64,000 nucleotides of DNA from Alphaproteobacteria bacterium (lineage in GTDB: Bacteria > Pseudomonadota > Alphaproteobacteria > JAAXGF01). Below, in pieces: positions 22,789 through 33,029 of this stretch; position 1 is the first letter of the stretch; the number at the start of each line of letters is the position of its first letter. Where the stretch lies: NCBI GenBank assembly GCA_963555825.3, contig CAUVXB020000001.1, positions 2,208,001-2,272,000 of the forward strand, in the 5' to 3' direction. The translations under genes were made by a program, and so were the position numbers. The notes under the pieces are model-generated. The model searched no databases and was not told the origin of the DNA. It was given only the letters and a program-made list of their open reading frames with translations.

Positions 22789-24255
22789 ATGGCGAGTCGC
22801 CTGCGCCGCCAACAACGTACCAGCGACATCTGGCCTGGCTTCGTCGACGCCCTGTCGACGTTGCTCTTGGTCATCATGTTCGTGCTCGTCGTCTTCATGC
22901 TGGCGCAGTATTTCCTCAATTGGGCGCTGTCGGGCGCCGACAAGACGATCGACAGGTTGACCCGCCAGGTGAATGAGCTGGCCGAGTTGTTGTCGCTCGA
23001 GCAACAGGGCAACGCCGAGTTGCGCCTCGACATCGCCCAGGTCTCGGCCCAACTGCAGAACTCGAGCGCGGCGCGCGACGAACTCTCGTCGCAGCTTCTC
23101 GCGCTTCAATCGGAACACGGCGCGCTCGGCGCGCGGCTCGCCAGCATCGTGACCGAGCGCGACGCGCTCGAGCTGCGCGTCGAGCAGATTACCGAGCGCG
23201 CCGCGTTGGCAGATGCGGAGGCCCAGGCGCTGCGCGAGGCGCTCGCCGAGGCCGACAAGACGATCACCGCCGACCGCGAGACGATCGAGCTCCGGCTCGC
23301 CGAGCTGGCCAGCCTTCGCCAAGACATCGCCGCTCTGCGCAAGGTGCGCGACGAGCTCGAGGGTCAGGTCGGCCAGCTCGCCGTGATCCTCGAAGAGAAA
23401 CAGGGTGCGCTGGACGAGAGCCGCGCCGACGTGACGCGGCTCGATCAGGCGAACACCGCGCTGCGCGACCGCTCGAAGGAGCTCGAGGCGCGGCTCAGCG
23501 ACGAACAAGAGCGCACGTCGCTCGCCCAGAAGGAGATCGAGAAACGCGAGGTGCGCCTGCGCGACCTGGTGCTCGCCCTACGCCAGAGCGACGAGGCGCT
23601 GCTCGCCGAGCGCGACCTGTCGGCCGAGGCCCAGGCCAAGATCGACCTCTTGAACCAGCAAATCGCCCTTCTCAGGCAGGAACTTGCGCGCATTGCCGAT
23701 GCGCTCGACGCGTCGGAAGCCAAGGACATCGAGCACCAGGCGGTAATCGCCGATCTCGGCACCAGGCTCAACCGCGCGCTCGCCGGCAAGGTCCAGGAGC
23801 TGCAGCGCTACCGCTCGGAATTCTTCGGCAAGCTGAGCGAGGTGTTGGGCGACCAGCCGGGCATCCGGGTCGAGGGCGACCGTTTCGTCTTCTCGTCGGA
23901 GGTGCTGTTCGCCTCGGGCTCGGCGGTTCTCGGCGACGAAGGCCGCGTTCAGATGTCGCGGCTCGCCGAAACCTTGCTGCTGATCGCCGCCAAAATTCCC
24001 GACGACCTGCCCTGGATACTGCGCGTCGACGGCCACACCGACAAGATCCCGATCTATACGGAAAAGTTCCCGTCGAACTGGGAACTGTCGACCGCTCGCG
24101 CGATCTCGGTGGTGCGCTATCTGACGGACCAGGGCGTACCGCCCCATCGACTGGCGGCCACCGGCTTCGGCGAATTCCAGCCGATCGATACGCACGACGA
24201 CGAGATCGCCTTGCGCCGCAACCGCCGGATCGAACTCAAGCTGACCACCCGGTAG
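22789..24255 (+). CDS. MotB-like peptidoglycan-binding protein with a long coiled coil
   Basis: WPGFVDALSTLL TM, coiled coil, VDGHTD, NWELSTARA, NRRIEL. Confidence 0.88.
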   Translation: MASRLRRQQRTSDIWPGFVDALSTLLLVIMFVLVVFMLAQYFLNWALSGADKTIDRLTRQVNELAELLSLEQQGNAELRLDIAQVSAQLQNSSAARDELSSQLLALQSEHGALGARLASIVTERDALELRVEQITERAALADAEAQALREALAEADKTITADRETIELRLAELASLRQDIAALRKVRDELEGQVGQLAVILEEKQGALDESRADVTRLDQANTALRDRSKELEARLSDEQERTSLAQKEIEKREVRLRDLVLALRQSDEALLAERDLSAEAQAKIDLLNQQIALLRQELARIADALDASEAKDIEHQAVIADLGTRLNRALAGKVQELQRYRSEFFGKLSEVLGDQPGIRVEGDRFVFSSEVLFASGSAVLGDEGRVQMSRLAETLLLIAAKIPDDLPWILRVDGHTDKIPIYTEKFPSNWELSTARAISVVRYLTDQGVPPHRLAATGFGEFQPIDTHDDEIALRRNRRIELKLTTR

Positions 24256-24261
24256 CCCCGC

Positions 24262-25362
24262 TTGACGCTCATCTCCGCACCACAACTGCGTCAAATGGTG
24301 TTGGCGCTCGCTATTGGCGCGGTCGGCGGCGCGGTCTTCGCCTGGTTGCGCATGCCGCTCGCTTGGATGATGGGCGCCATGTGCCTGACCACGGTGGCGT
24401 CGCTGGCGCGCGCGCCGATCCGCGTGCCGACGCCGCCGCGCCAGTTCATGATTGCGGTTCTCGGCATCATGCTGGGCAGCGCCTTCCGCCCCGAGATGCT
24501 CGATCAGGCCGGCCAGTGGGGCATCAGTCTCGCGGGGCTTTTCGTCTACGTCGCCGTGGTCGCCGCGATGGTCGCCTGCTATTTCCGCTGGGTCGGCCGT
24601 TACGACCCGACGACGGCGTATTTCGCGGCGATCCCGGGTGGCCTCTCCGAGATGATCATGGTCGGCGGCGCATCCGGCGGCGACGAACGGACGATCGCGC
24701 TGACGCACGCCTCGCGTATCCTGATCGTCGTCCTGATCATTCCCTTCTGGTTCCGCCTGGTCGAAGGCTACGTGCCGCCGCCCGGCGGCATCGGCTCGGC
24801 ATTCCCGCCATTCTTGGAAATCCCGGCATACGACCTCGTGGTGTTGACGCTGTGCGGCGTCATCGGCTATCCGCTGGCGCGCCTGATCGGCGTCCCCGCG
24901 GCGCCGTTGACCGGACCGATGGTATTGAGCGCCATCGCCCATCTCACCCTGATGACGTCGTCCCGCCCGCCGCTCGAATTGATCATCGCCGCCCAGGTGG
25001 TGATGGGCAGCGCCATCGGCTGCCGCTTCGCCGGCATCGCCGTCGCGCGCGTGCTGCACGCGATCTTCGTGGCGCTCGGGGCGACGGCCATCATGCTCGG
25101 CGCCGGTGTCGCCTTCAGCCTGGCCATGGGCCGGCTGACCGATCTCCCGGTCGAGGCCCTTGCGCTCGCCTACGCGCCCGGCGGGCTCGCCGAGATGAGC
25201 CTGATCGCGCTCGCGCTGGGCATCGACCCGGCGCTGGTCTCGACCCACCATGTGGTGCGTATCTTCATCGTCGTGCTGATCGCGCCGTTCGCCTTCACGG
25301 TCTTCACGCGCTACCGCGACAGGCGCCGCGCCGCGGCGGGCCAACCGGCCAAGGGCGACTAG
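24262..25362 (+). CDS. AbrB-family (putative ammonia monooxygenase-like) membrane protein
   Basis: Two PGG(L)xEM repeats and multiple TM helices. Confidence 0.85.
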   Translation: MTLISAPQLRQMVLALAIGAVGGAVFAWLRMPLAWMMGAMCLTTVASLARAPIRVPTPPRQFMIAVLGIMLGSAFRPEMLDQAGQWGISLAGLFVYVAVVAAMVACYFRWVGRYDPTTAYFAAIPGGLSEMIMVGGASGGDERTIALTHASRILIVVLIIPFWFRLVEGYVPPPGGIGSAFPPFLEIPAYDLVVLTLCGVIGYPLARLIGVPAAPLTGPMVLSAIAHLTLMTSSRPPLELIIAAQVVMGSAIGCRFAGIAVARVLHAIFVALGATAIMLGAGVAFSLAMGRLTDLPVEALALAYAPGGLAEMSLIALALGIDPALVSTHHVVRIFIVVLIAPFAFTVFTRYRDRRRAAAGQPAKGD

Positions 25363-25564
25363 AGCGTCGTCCGATTTGTTCGAAGTCGATCGTTATCGGA
25401 AAATGGTCGTCGTGCCACGGCATCCCGCCCGAAGGCTGTGTTCGGATGCGCAGTGGTCACGGTCTTGGGTGGGACTTACGGCCAATCAATAATCTTCGAT
25501 CATGTCCGGTTTCGAGCGCAAAGCGGACTCCGCAACGTGTTCTGCCTAATGTCAGCTTTTAGCC

Positions 25565-25725
25565 GAGGCTGTTGAAAAAGTCGGTAGCGGAACCAAACTC
25601 GCCAATTTCCCGGAACCAATGAGAATTCGATTTCAATGAAATCAAAGACTTAGGAAAACACCGATTTCGGAGAATTGGCCAATTCAGGCTAAAAATGGAT
25701 GTTTCGGGACTTTTTCAACAGCCTC
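25565..25725. mobile_element. 161-bp MITE with IS1182/IS5-like ends
   Basis: Perfect 18-bp IR GAGGCTGTTGAAAAAGTC; 4-bp TSD AGCC at 25561-25564 and 25726-25729. Confidence 0.8.
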
Positions 25726-25728
25726 AGC

Positions 25729-26676
25729 CATGTGTGGACGGCTCCCTGTTGGCAAGAGATTTTGTGACGTTGATGCAAGCTGGTCGGGTGCTGCCATGTG
25801 TCCGGCCTTTTGGTGCGGCGTACATGTGTGGACGGCTCCCTGTTGGCAAGAGATTTTGTGACGTTGATGCAAGCTGGTCGGGTGCTGCCATGTGTCCGGC
25901 CTTTTGGTGCGGCGTACATGGCCGCTGGCCCTAATGCGATCCGCGGGGTCGGGTCCCATGTGTGGACGGCTCCCTGTTGGCAAGAGATTTTGTGACGTTG
26001 ATGCAAGCTGGTCATGTGTCCGGCCGTACATGGCCGCTGGGGCTGGCCTGTGACGATGCTGCGGATGGTCGGGTGCTGCCATGTGTCCGGCGCGGGGTCG
26101 GGTCCCATGCGATCCGCGTGGACGGCTCCCTGTTGGCAAGAGATTTTGTGACGTTGATCCTGCAAGCATGCCTTTTGGTGCGGCGTACATGGCCGTCCGG
26201 CCTTGCGATTGGTGCGGCCCATGGGCGGACGGCTCCCTGTTGCCAAGATGCGATCCGCGATGCAAGCTGGTCGGGTGTGGACCGCCCCTGCGGCCCATGT
26301 GTGGACGGCGTACATGAAGCCGCTGGTTAATGCGATCCGCGGGGTCGGTCCCAGCGCAAGATGATTTTGTGACGTTGATGCAAGCTGGTCGGGTGCTGCC
26401 ATGTGTCCGGCCTTTTGGTGCGGCGTACATGGCCGCTGGCCCTAATGCGATCCGCGGGGTCAAGCTGGTCGGGGGTCCCATGTGTGGACGGCTCCCTGTT
26501 GGCAAGAGATTTTGCTGGCCATGCAAGCTGGTCGGGTGCTGCCATGTGTCCGGCCTTTTGGTGCGGCGAGATTTTGTGACGTTGATGCAAGCTGGTCGGG
26601 TGCTGCCATGTGTCCGGCCTTTTGGTGCGGCGTACATGGCCGCTGGCCCTAATGCGATCCGCGGGGTCGGGTCCCA
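25729..26676. repeat. Tandem and scrambled array of the terminal 94-134 bp of the IS1111 right end
   Basis: GGACGGCTCCCTGTT six times, GGTCGGGTGCTGCCATGTGTCCGGC six times; clean units at 25729-25822 and 25823-25956, jumbled middle. Confidence 0.85.
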
Positions 26677-26760
26677 GTCATAAGCACGCGCTCGAGGCGC
26701 CGTGGCTATAGCGGGTTTTCCCGATCCTCGGTTCGACCGATTTTGCATTACGTCACTTAC
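26569..26760 (-). ncRNA. Putative bridge/seek RNA of the IS1111 element (ends approximate)
   Basis: Downstream of tnp; CCGCTA-T-AGCCAC matches the target; CCGCACCA and ACACATG match the circle junction. Confidence 0.6.
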
Positions 26761-26797
26761 ACTCCGCCAAACTCGTGAACGCCTTGTTTTCGTCGGC

Positions 26798-27820
26798 CTA
26801 GGCCGTCGCGGGCCTGCGATAGGTTCCGCCATGTCTCAGAAGCGCCCAGGCAATGCGGGCGTTCTTGTTGGCCAGCGCCACGGCCGCGACCTTGGTCGGC
26901 TTGTCGGCGATGATGTTGGCAAGCCATGGATCGGTCGTGCCGCGTCGCTTGGCGTGGCGGATGACCGTCATGGCGCCGGCGACCAGCAGCCAGCGCAGGT
27001 ATTGATCGCCCTGCTTGGAGATCCGCCCCATGCGCTCCTTGCCACCGGTCGAGTTCTGTCTTGGCACCAGCCCGATCCAAGCGGCCATTGAGCGGCCCGA
27101 TTTGAAGATCGACGGATTGGCAATCGAAGATGCCAGCGCGCTCGCCGTGATCGGTCCGATGCCGGGTGTGGTTTCGAGACGCAGGCTCTCTTCGTTCGTC
27201 CGGTGCCAGGCGTGGATACGCCTCTCAGCGCCGACGATCTCCCGCTCCAGCGACAGCAACTGCCGCGCCAGCCCTTCCAGGCAAGTCCGCGCCAGGGGCG
27301 GAATGCGCTCATCCGCCTCATCGCTGATCACCGCGAGCAGCTCCTTGACCTGCGGCAACCCGGTTCGCGCCACCACCCCGAACTCCGCCATGTGCGCCCG
27401 CGTAGCGTTGACCAGCATGGTTCTCTGGCGGACCAGAAGCTCGCGCGTTCGGTGCAGCATCAGAACGCTCTGCTGCTCGACGCTCTTCACCGCGACAAAG
27501 CGCATCGTCGGGCGCGTGACGGCCTCGCAAATAGCCTCCGCATCGGCAGCGTCATTCTTGTTCCGCTTCACGTAGGGCTTCACATAGCGCGGCGGCATCA
27601 GCTTGACCTCATGCCCAAGCGCCGCGATCTCCCGCGCCCAGTAATGCGCGGTCGCACATGCCTCCATACCAACCAGGCAGGGCGGCTGTTTCTCGAAGAA
27701 GGCCAGCACCTGACGCCGCCTCAACTGACGGCGGACGACCACGGTTCCCTCGGCGTCAACGCCATGCACCTGAAATACGTTCTTCGCAAGATCAACACCG
27801 ATCGTGATAACTTCGTTCAT
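26798..27820 (-). CDS. IS110-family recombinase/transposase
   Basis: IGVDLAK, GMEAC, KNDAADAEAI (DEDD); GLVPRQNSTGG catalytic Ser; intact. Confidence 0.95.
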   Translation of the reverse strand: MNEVITIGVDLAKNVFQVHGVDAEGTVVVRRQLRRRQVLAFFEKQPPCLVGMEACATAHYWAREIAALGHEVKLMPPRYVKPYVKRNKNDAADAEAICEAVTRPTMRFVAVKSVEQQSVLMLHRTRELLVRQRTMLVNATRAHMAEFGVVARTGLPQVKELLAVISDEADERIPPLARTCLEGLARQLLSLEREIVGAERRIHAWHRTNEESLRLETTPGIGPITASALASSIANPSIFKSGRSMAAWIGLVPRQNSTGGKERMGRISKQGDQYLRWLLVAGAMTVIRHAKRRGTTDPWLANIIADKPTKVAAVALANKNARIAWALLRHGGTYRRPATA

Positions 27821-27959
27821 GGACGGCTCCTATTTCCCTGTGGTTCATCGAAACCACCATTTTGGCACCTAGATGCCTGCGGGTGGGAGCCGTCCACCGC
27901 ATCACTAGCGGACATTCGCACGGGACGCCGCAGAGCGATGATTGCTCCTCGAATCACAT

Positions 27960-28072
27960 CGGCGTCCGCCCTCGCTGACGACGATGAAGGGTGCCAAGAA
28001 CATGGGGTGGGTGAAGTAGTTTTTGCCCTCGGTCTCCATCATCGACAGCACAGAGCAACGGAACGACCTCAT
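27960..28072 (-). pseudogene. C-terminal fragment of a CHAT-domain-like protein
   Basis: Translates SVLSMMETEGKNYFTHPMFLAPFIVVSEGG, like the HPxxWAPFxxxG(E/D)G end of CHAT domains. Confidence 0.5.
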
Positions 28073-28308
28073 GGGTTCTCCTCGGTATGATTAGTGCGGA
28101 TCGCCGCAGCGCGGGCTTCCATATTGGCCGCTTCTGATCCACGGTCGGTCTCTCGTAGCAGGGTGGCGTTTTCGTCGCGATGGACCCAACCCGGAAGTCG
28201 GCATCGCTGCCACTGGGCATTCTCAACGTCGTGCAGTAGCATCGAACAAATCGTTTAATTACTTATCAACCTTGCTGCATAATTTGAGTTCGTAACTCGG
28301 ATTCGGCT

Positions 28309-28443
28309 TGGGCCGAGATCGGTTTTGCCGCCGACGTTGAACGCACCAATGCTGAAATCCTGCCGCACATTCTGACGGCGGAAGGCGACCGCGGTGCGGT
28401 AATGACGATCAAGCAGTACAGGGGCGAGACAATATGGCTGTGA
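28309..28443 (+). pseudogene. 3' remnant of a LicC-like nucleotidyltransferase paralog
   Basis: WAEIGFAADVERTNAEILPHILTAE aligns with WIEIDFAADIERANAEVLPRILAAE of 32217..33029; the downstream DNA is also similar. Confidence 0.7.
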
Positions 28444-28467
28444 CTGGCATCGAAGCAATACCACTCC

Positions 28468-29589
28468 CTAGTGTCCCGATTCCGAAGTTCGCATGATTTT
28501 CGCCTGCTGTTCAGCGATTTCGATTGTTCGGAGGCAGAAGCGCTGGATGGCGCCGAGGATGTCATCGGCGGATTTGGTCCATTTGAAGGGTTTGGGGTTC
28601 TGGTTTGTCGTGTCGATGTAGTCGAGGATGGTGCGCTCCAACTCCTTGGTGGAGCGATGGACGCCGCGCCTGATCTGCTTGTCGGTCAGCAGCCCGAACC
28701 AGCGCTCGACCTGGTTCAGCCAGGAGGCGCTGGTGGGTGTGAAATGGGCCTGCCAGCGCGGCCGTTTGGCGAACCAGTCGCGGATCGCCTTGGTCTTGTG
28801 GGTCCCGTAGTTGTCCATGACGATGTGGATGTCGAGATCAGCAGGGACGTTCGCCTCGACGAGGTCGAGGAATTTGCGGAACTCTCGGGCCCGATGGCGC
28901 GGGAAACATTTGCCGATGATCTCTCCCGTGGCGATGTCGAGGGCCGCGAAGAGAGAGGTCGTGCCGTGGCGCTTGTAGTCGTGGCTGCGCCGCTCCGCCT
29001 GCCCGGGGCGCATCGGCAAGAGGGGCTGGGAACGGTCCAGGGCCTGGATCTGGCTCTTTTCGTCGACACAGAGAACCAGGGCACGATCCGGCGGCGCCAA
29101 ATACAGACCGACGATGTCGCGGACCTTCTCCACGAAGAAGGGATCGCTCGACAGCTTGAAGGTCTCCGAGCGATGCGGCTGCAAGCCGAAGGCCCGCCAG
29201 ATGCGATGAATGGTCGAGGGCGCGTGGCCGCTCGCCCGCGCCATCGAGCGAAGGCTCCAATGGGTCGCGTCCGGCGGCGTCTCTTCCAGCGTCAGCCGGA
29301 CCGCTTCCGCGATGGCGTCATCGCCGATTTGACGCGGCGCGCCGGGGCGGGGTTCGTCGTACAGACCGTCGAGGCCCTCCGCCGCATAGCGGCGACGCCA
29401 CTTGCCCACGGTGTCCGCGCTCGCCTCGAGACGAACGGCGATCTCCTTGTTCTCCAACCCTTCCGCCGCCGCCAAGACGATCCGAGCCCGCCGCGCAAGC
29501 CCCTGCGACGTCTTGCGACGACGAGACAGCGCCTCCAATTCGGCGCGCTCGTCATCGCTCAAAGAGATCGTCACCGCCACTCTCGCCAT
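28468..29589 (-). CDS. IS630 transposase
   Basis: [40 protein letters not shown]. Confidence 0.93.
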   Translation of the reverse strand: MARVAVTISLSDDERAELEALSRRRKTSQGLARRARIVLAAAEGLENKEIAVRLEASADTVGKWRRRYAAEGLDGLYDEPRPGAPRQIGDDAIAEAVRLTLEETPPDATHWSLRSMARASGHAPSTIHRIWRAFGLQPHRSETFKLSSDPFFVEKVRDIVGLYLAPPDRALVLCVDEKSQIQALDRSQPLLPMRPGQAERRSHDYKRHGTTSLFAALDIATGEIIGKCFPRHRAREFRKFLDLVEANVPADLDIHIVMDNYGTHKTKAIRDWFAKRPRWQAHFTPTSASWLNQVERWFGLLTDKQIRRGVHRSTKELERTILDYIDTTNQNPKPFKWTKSADDILGAIQRFCLRTIEIAEQQAKIMRTSESGH

Positions 29590-29649
29590 CAATCGCGCCT
29601 CCTAAAAACAAATAGAGACATAATCATATCAATTTATCGATCAGGACAC
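28471..29649 (-). mobile_element. IS630-family element
   Basis: IR GTGTCC(C/T)GAT; TA duplication in a CTAG target. Confidence 0.9.
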
Positions 29650-29653
29650 TAGG

Positions 29654-30949
29654 GTGATCGCCGCGTTGATCGCCTCGGCGCTTTATGTAGCAACTTATCT
29701 ATCCTTCGTCCGCCTCTTGAGATATCCACGGAACTGGTATCCGCCCAGCTTACGCGCGTCCCTGACGACAGGAGTGCTCGCGGCCCTTACAGTAGCGCTG
29801 GTATCGCTGTCGCCCGATGGCCTCGACCGTGCCGCCCTGGCCGTCTCGGTCGGTTTTATCGTCGTCTTGTTTTACATAATAGCGGCCCCTGCGCTCGCCT
29901 TTTGGCCGGCCTCCGGATTGGCCAACCGGGCGGTAGAATTCTTGGCGAAACACTGCAACTACGCTGGGCTGTGGCTGCTGGGTCCGGCCTTCTTCGCGGG
30001 ATTGGCGATCTCAAACATCAAACTCCAAGCGTTCCTGGCAACCGCAATGGCAATCGAACTAACATGGTTCCTTCGTCAGCTTTGGGTCGGTCGCCAACAG
30101 CGCCGTCTTTATCCCCTAACCAATAACGACCTGTCGGTCCTGGAGACCTAGGCGAAGGGCGATCTTGCGGCATTCCGGCAACGCCATGACATCCGCGAGC
30201 TGGTGCTGTCAAAGGACGCCGTCGGTTGGAAAGGGTGTGGGAAAGGGACGCCAGCCTGTCCACTCAATCTCTACGTCAACCGTCTCGGTCTCAACACTGC
30301 GCCCTGCTGCCGTGATCACATGAAGGATCTTAGCCATTATGTCGCCGCCTGCTTGGTCGAAATGGGTGTCGTGCATTGGCTGGAGGGGGGCAGCCTTCTT
30401 GGGGCCGTACGGGAGAGCGGAAAGCTTCTCGATTGGGAGGACGACATCGACCTCTCGGTTCTGCTCGACGATGACACGACCTGGGAGCGGTTGACGGCCG
30501 AATTCGTAGAACGCGGTGCGCGGGATGGTTACAATGTCGACCTTTTCGACAAGAAAGGCTTCGTCTCGATTTCATTCGATCCGCCAAAACGATGGCCCTT
30601 CCGGTGGGAGCGCAATCGCCTGCGTGGCGAAATCCGAGCCGACATAATAATTTACCGACGGGCGATCAGCTACGGTGAAACCGTGCTCGAAAGGCGGAGT
30701 CACAAGGGCGCCATGCCGGCCACCGAGAGCGGCGGTTATGGCGTACCGCTGGAAATCGTCTTACCTACATCGACGGTCCCCTTTCTCGGCGGAGAAATTG
30801 CCTGCCCGAACCAATCCGAAGCTTACTTACGGATGTTGTACGGCGACTACAGTAAGGTCGATTATACCTATGTCGATTCGGGACCGGCCAATGCTCGCGC
30901 AAGAATAAACCTTGCCTATCCGGTTATCACCCACACCCACTATATGTAG
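29654..30949 (+). pseudogene. Membrane-anchored LicD-family phosphotransferase with an in-frame TAG at 30149-30151
   Basis: N-terminal TM ORF and 30203..30949 share a frame; WLEGGSLLGAVR..LDWEDDID and YLRMLYGDY LicD motifs. Confidence 0.75.
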
Positions 30950-31185
30950 TGTGCACCCATTTTCCTGAGTAAAGCTCGGTGCAGGTCGAAGCGGAGATAT
31001 CTCCGGCGATGCCGAGCAGGGACTCGGACGGCATTGTAGCGGCTTTTAGGCGACACTTTAGCGTGGTGGAAATCCTAATCATTGAGTCGGATTTGGCAAA
31101 ACGCCACGTTGCATAAAGGACCGTCACTTCATTGAAATTTATCTGAAATCGGAGGTGAACGACACCGATGGAATATTCCAGGAAA

Positions 31186-31494
31186 TCAGAGCTTCATTGA
31201 ATTGTAGGATTCGAGTGCCGGATTATTCACAAATAGCTCTGTGAACTGGTTTTCAAGTTCGCTCAATACGTCATATGGAGTAAACGGATTGAGGATCACG
31301 TTCTTGCGTGTCGCTTCGTCTTCGCTGCGACTCAAAACGCGCAGGAGACTAACAGGCGCGGACGGGTTCTTCGCAACGATTCGTGCCAGCGCGTCGCTTT
31401 CTTCGACTAGTGCCGTCAATCGCTCAGACGATGTCGTTTCATCAGCAGCTTCCCGTCTGGCCGTGGGTTTCTTCGTTTTTCCCTTGGTCGCCAC
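31186..31494 (-). CDS. Short leucine-rich-variant repeat protein (possibly a fragment)
   Basis: Three repeats of the VAxNPxxP..L..L type. Confidence 0.55.
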   Translation of the reverse strand: MATKGKTKKPTARREAADETTSSERLTALVEESDALARIVAKNPSAPVSLLRVLSRSEDEATRKNVILNPFTPYDVLSELENQFTELFVNNPALESYNSMKL

Positions 31495-31855
31495 CGTTCC
31501 GTCCCCCGATGTTAAGTACGTGACGTGAATTAAACTCCGGTTCGGTTTTCAGAACAATCAAGAATTAGCCGGATCGCCTCCTCAATGCGCCTGCGCCGGC
31601 CCTTGCCTGCAGTCCAAGGAGACACACTACATATAGTGGGTGTGGGTGATAACCGGATAGGCAAGGAATAAACATTATCGGCGATCCACCAGTCCAATAG
31701 TCAACCGCAATATCGTTCGTACGGCAGACGTGCCGAACATCATCTCCGGTACCGTGAAAGTATTGACTGTAATAGTCTCTCCACTTGCCCACCCCACCGG
31801 AGTTGCAGGGTGCGAAATAGGGGCAGGTCACCGGCTTAAATGTTGCCGCAGGCGT

Positions 31856-32008
31856 ATGATGGAGTTTCTCGGACGACTTCTCTGCTGGCTCGGGTTTCAC
31901 GACTACCGGGTGGTTGACGCGAACTTCAGCTTCGGCGCCGGCGGCGGGGTCGAAACGGTGGAATACCGGCGCTGCGGCGGCCGGGTGACGCGCCACGGCA
32001 GCTCATGA
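31856..32008 (+). CDS. 50-aa putative Zn-ribbon microprotein
   Basis: LGRLLCWLGFHDYR...FGAGG.VE(Y)RRCG; paralog at 33581. Confidence 0.6.
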   Translation: MMEFLGRLLCWLGFHDYRVVDANFSFGAGGGVETVEYRRCGGRVTRHGSS

Positions 32009-32216
32009 CGGCGGTCGCCGTTCCACGGTTGCTATACCTGGGCGGGCCTTCGCCCCACCCAAGGCTGTACGTAATCTATTAGCGAATGATCTAACGCCAA
32101 GTTATGGTGTAAGCCGTGAGTTGCACTCGCTTAGCCCCAGTTCCGGATGCCATGGCGCGGTCGGAACGCCACAAAATCGCCCCTCACCTAGGTGCTCGGT
32201 GATGCTTCGATGCCGA

Positions 32217-33029
32217 TCACAGCATCTGTGCCGCCCCTCGCGCCATGTCCCTTTCGATCGACAACGCTGGGCGACGGTGACTCTCCGCCGCCAGAATACG
32301 CGGCAGGACCTCGGCATTGGCGCGCTCGATATCGGCGGCGAAATCAATCTCGATCCAAGGCGTGCCAGTGATGTCCTCGAATGCGAAGGTGCCGCGCGGC
32401 GAAGTCAGCAGCACGTCGCGGATCGCCTCCTCGTACGGTTGCCGCCGGCGGCCTTGCATGAGGTAGAGCCTGGTCTGGGCGATGATGTCCTCGGCCACAC
32501 GCGCCGACAGTTTGAATAATCCCACCGATTCCCCGCAGAAATCAAACTCGGTGCTCAGCCACTTGCGGAACTCGACAATCTCACCGTGCCGGACGCACAG
32601 CTTGACCGGCTCATCACCCGGCATGAAATCGCGATCAAGGAGCAGGCAGTTCTGGTGCCGGGAGGTGACGAGACGCCGCACGAGACCCTCGTCGTAGAGA
32701 CCGTCGGCGTCCATAAGCAACACCGGTCCGCCGCAGCACAACTCGTCGCGCAGGGTCCACAAGGTGACGATGTTCCCCTCGTCGTAATCCTCATTGAACA
32801 CGGTGCGCACAAAGTCCTCCTCGCCTAGATCGGCAATCTCCTGTTCGATTTCTTCCTGATGATAGCCGACGCCGAGCACCAGTTCCTCGACGCCGTGTCG
32901 CCTGAGAATCTCGACGTGCCGTTGCAGCAACGATTCGCCGCCAAACCGGGGCAATACCTTCGGTGGGTGTTCCGTGACCGCTGGTCCCAGCCGCGCGCCG
33001 ATCCCAGCAGCCAACATGACTGCCTTCAT
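32217..33029 (-). CDS. Phosphocholine cytidylyltransferase-like (LicC-family) NTP transferase
   Basis: MKAVMLAAGIGARLG..PK, WIEIDF. Confidence 0.82.
   Translation of the reverse strand: MKAVMLAAGIGARLGPAVTEHPPKVLPRFGGESLLQRHVEILRRHGVEELVLGVGYHQEEIEQEIADLGEEDFVRTVFNEDYDEGNIVTLWTLRDELCCGGPVLLMDADGLYDEGLVRRLVTSRHQNCLLLDRDFMPGDEPVKLCVRHGEIVEFRKWLSTEFDFCGESVGLFKLSARVAEDIIAQTRLYLMQGRRRQPYEEAIRDVLLTSPRGTFAFEDITGTPWIEIDFAADIERANAEVLPRILAAESHRRPALSIERDMARGAAQML

Larger units (their letters stand above)
25729..27904 (-). mobile_element. IS110 family, IS1111 subgroup element with an expanded right end
   Basis: 13-bp sub-terminal IRs GTGGACGGCTCCC at 25734-25746 and 27885-27897; CA core at both ends; extra IR copy at the transposase RBS; long non-coding region downstream of tnp. 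Confidence 0.88.

Noticed and set aside
21625-24255. Zorya defence system
   Set aside because: No zorC/D/E genes; host-like composition and a core-genome context
25729-26676. CRISPR array
   Set aside because: No unique spacers: the array is built from reshuffled pieces of the same IS right end, and there are no cas genes in the window
25684-26832. Long repetitive ORFs across the array
   Set aside because: By-products of repeating a non-coding, stop-poor unit; no protein-like features
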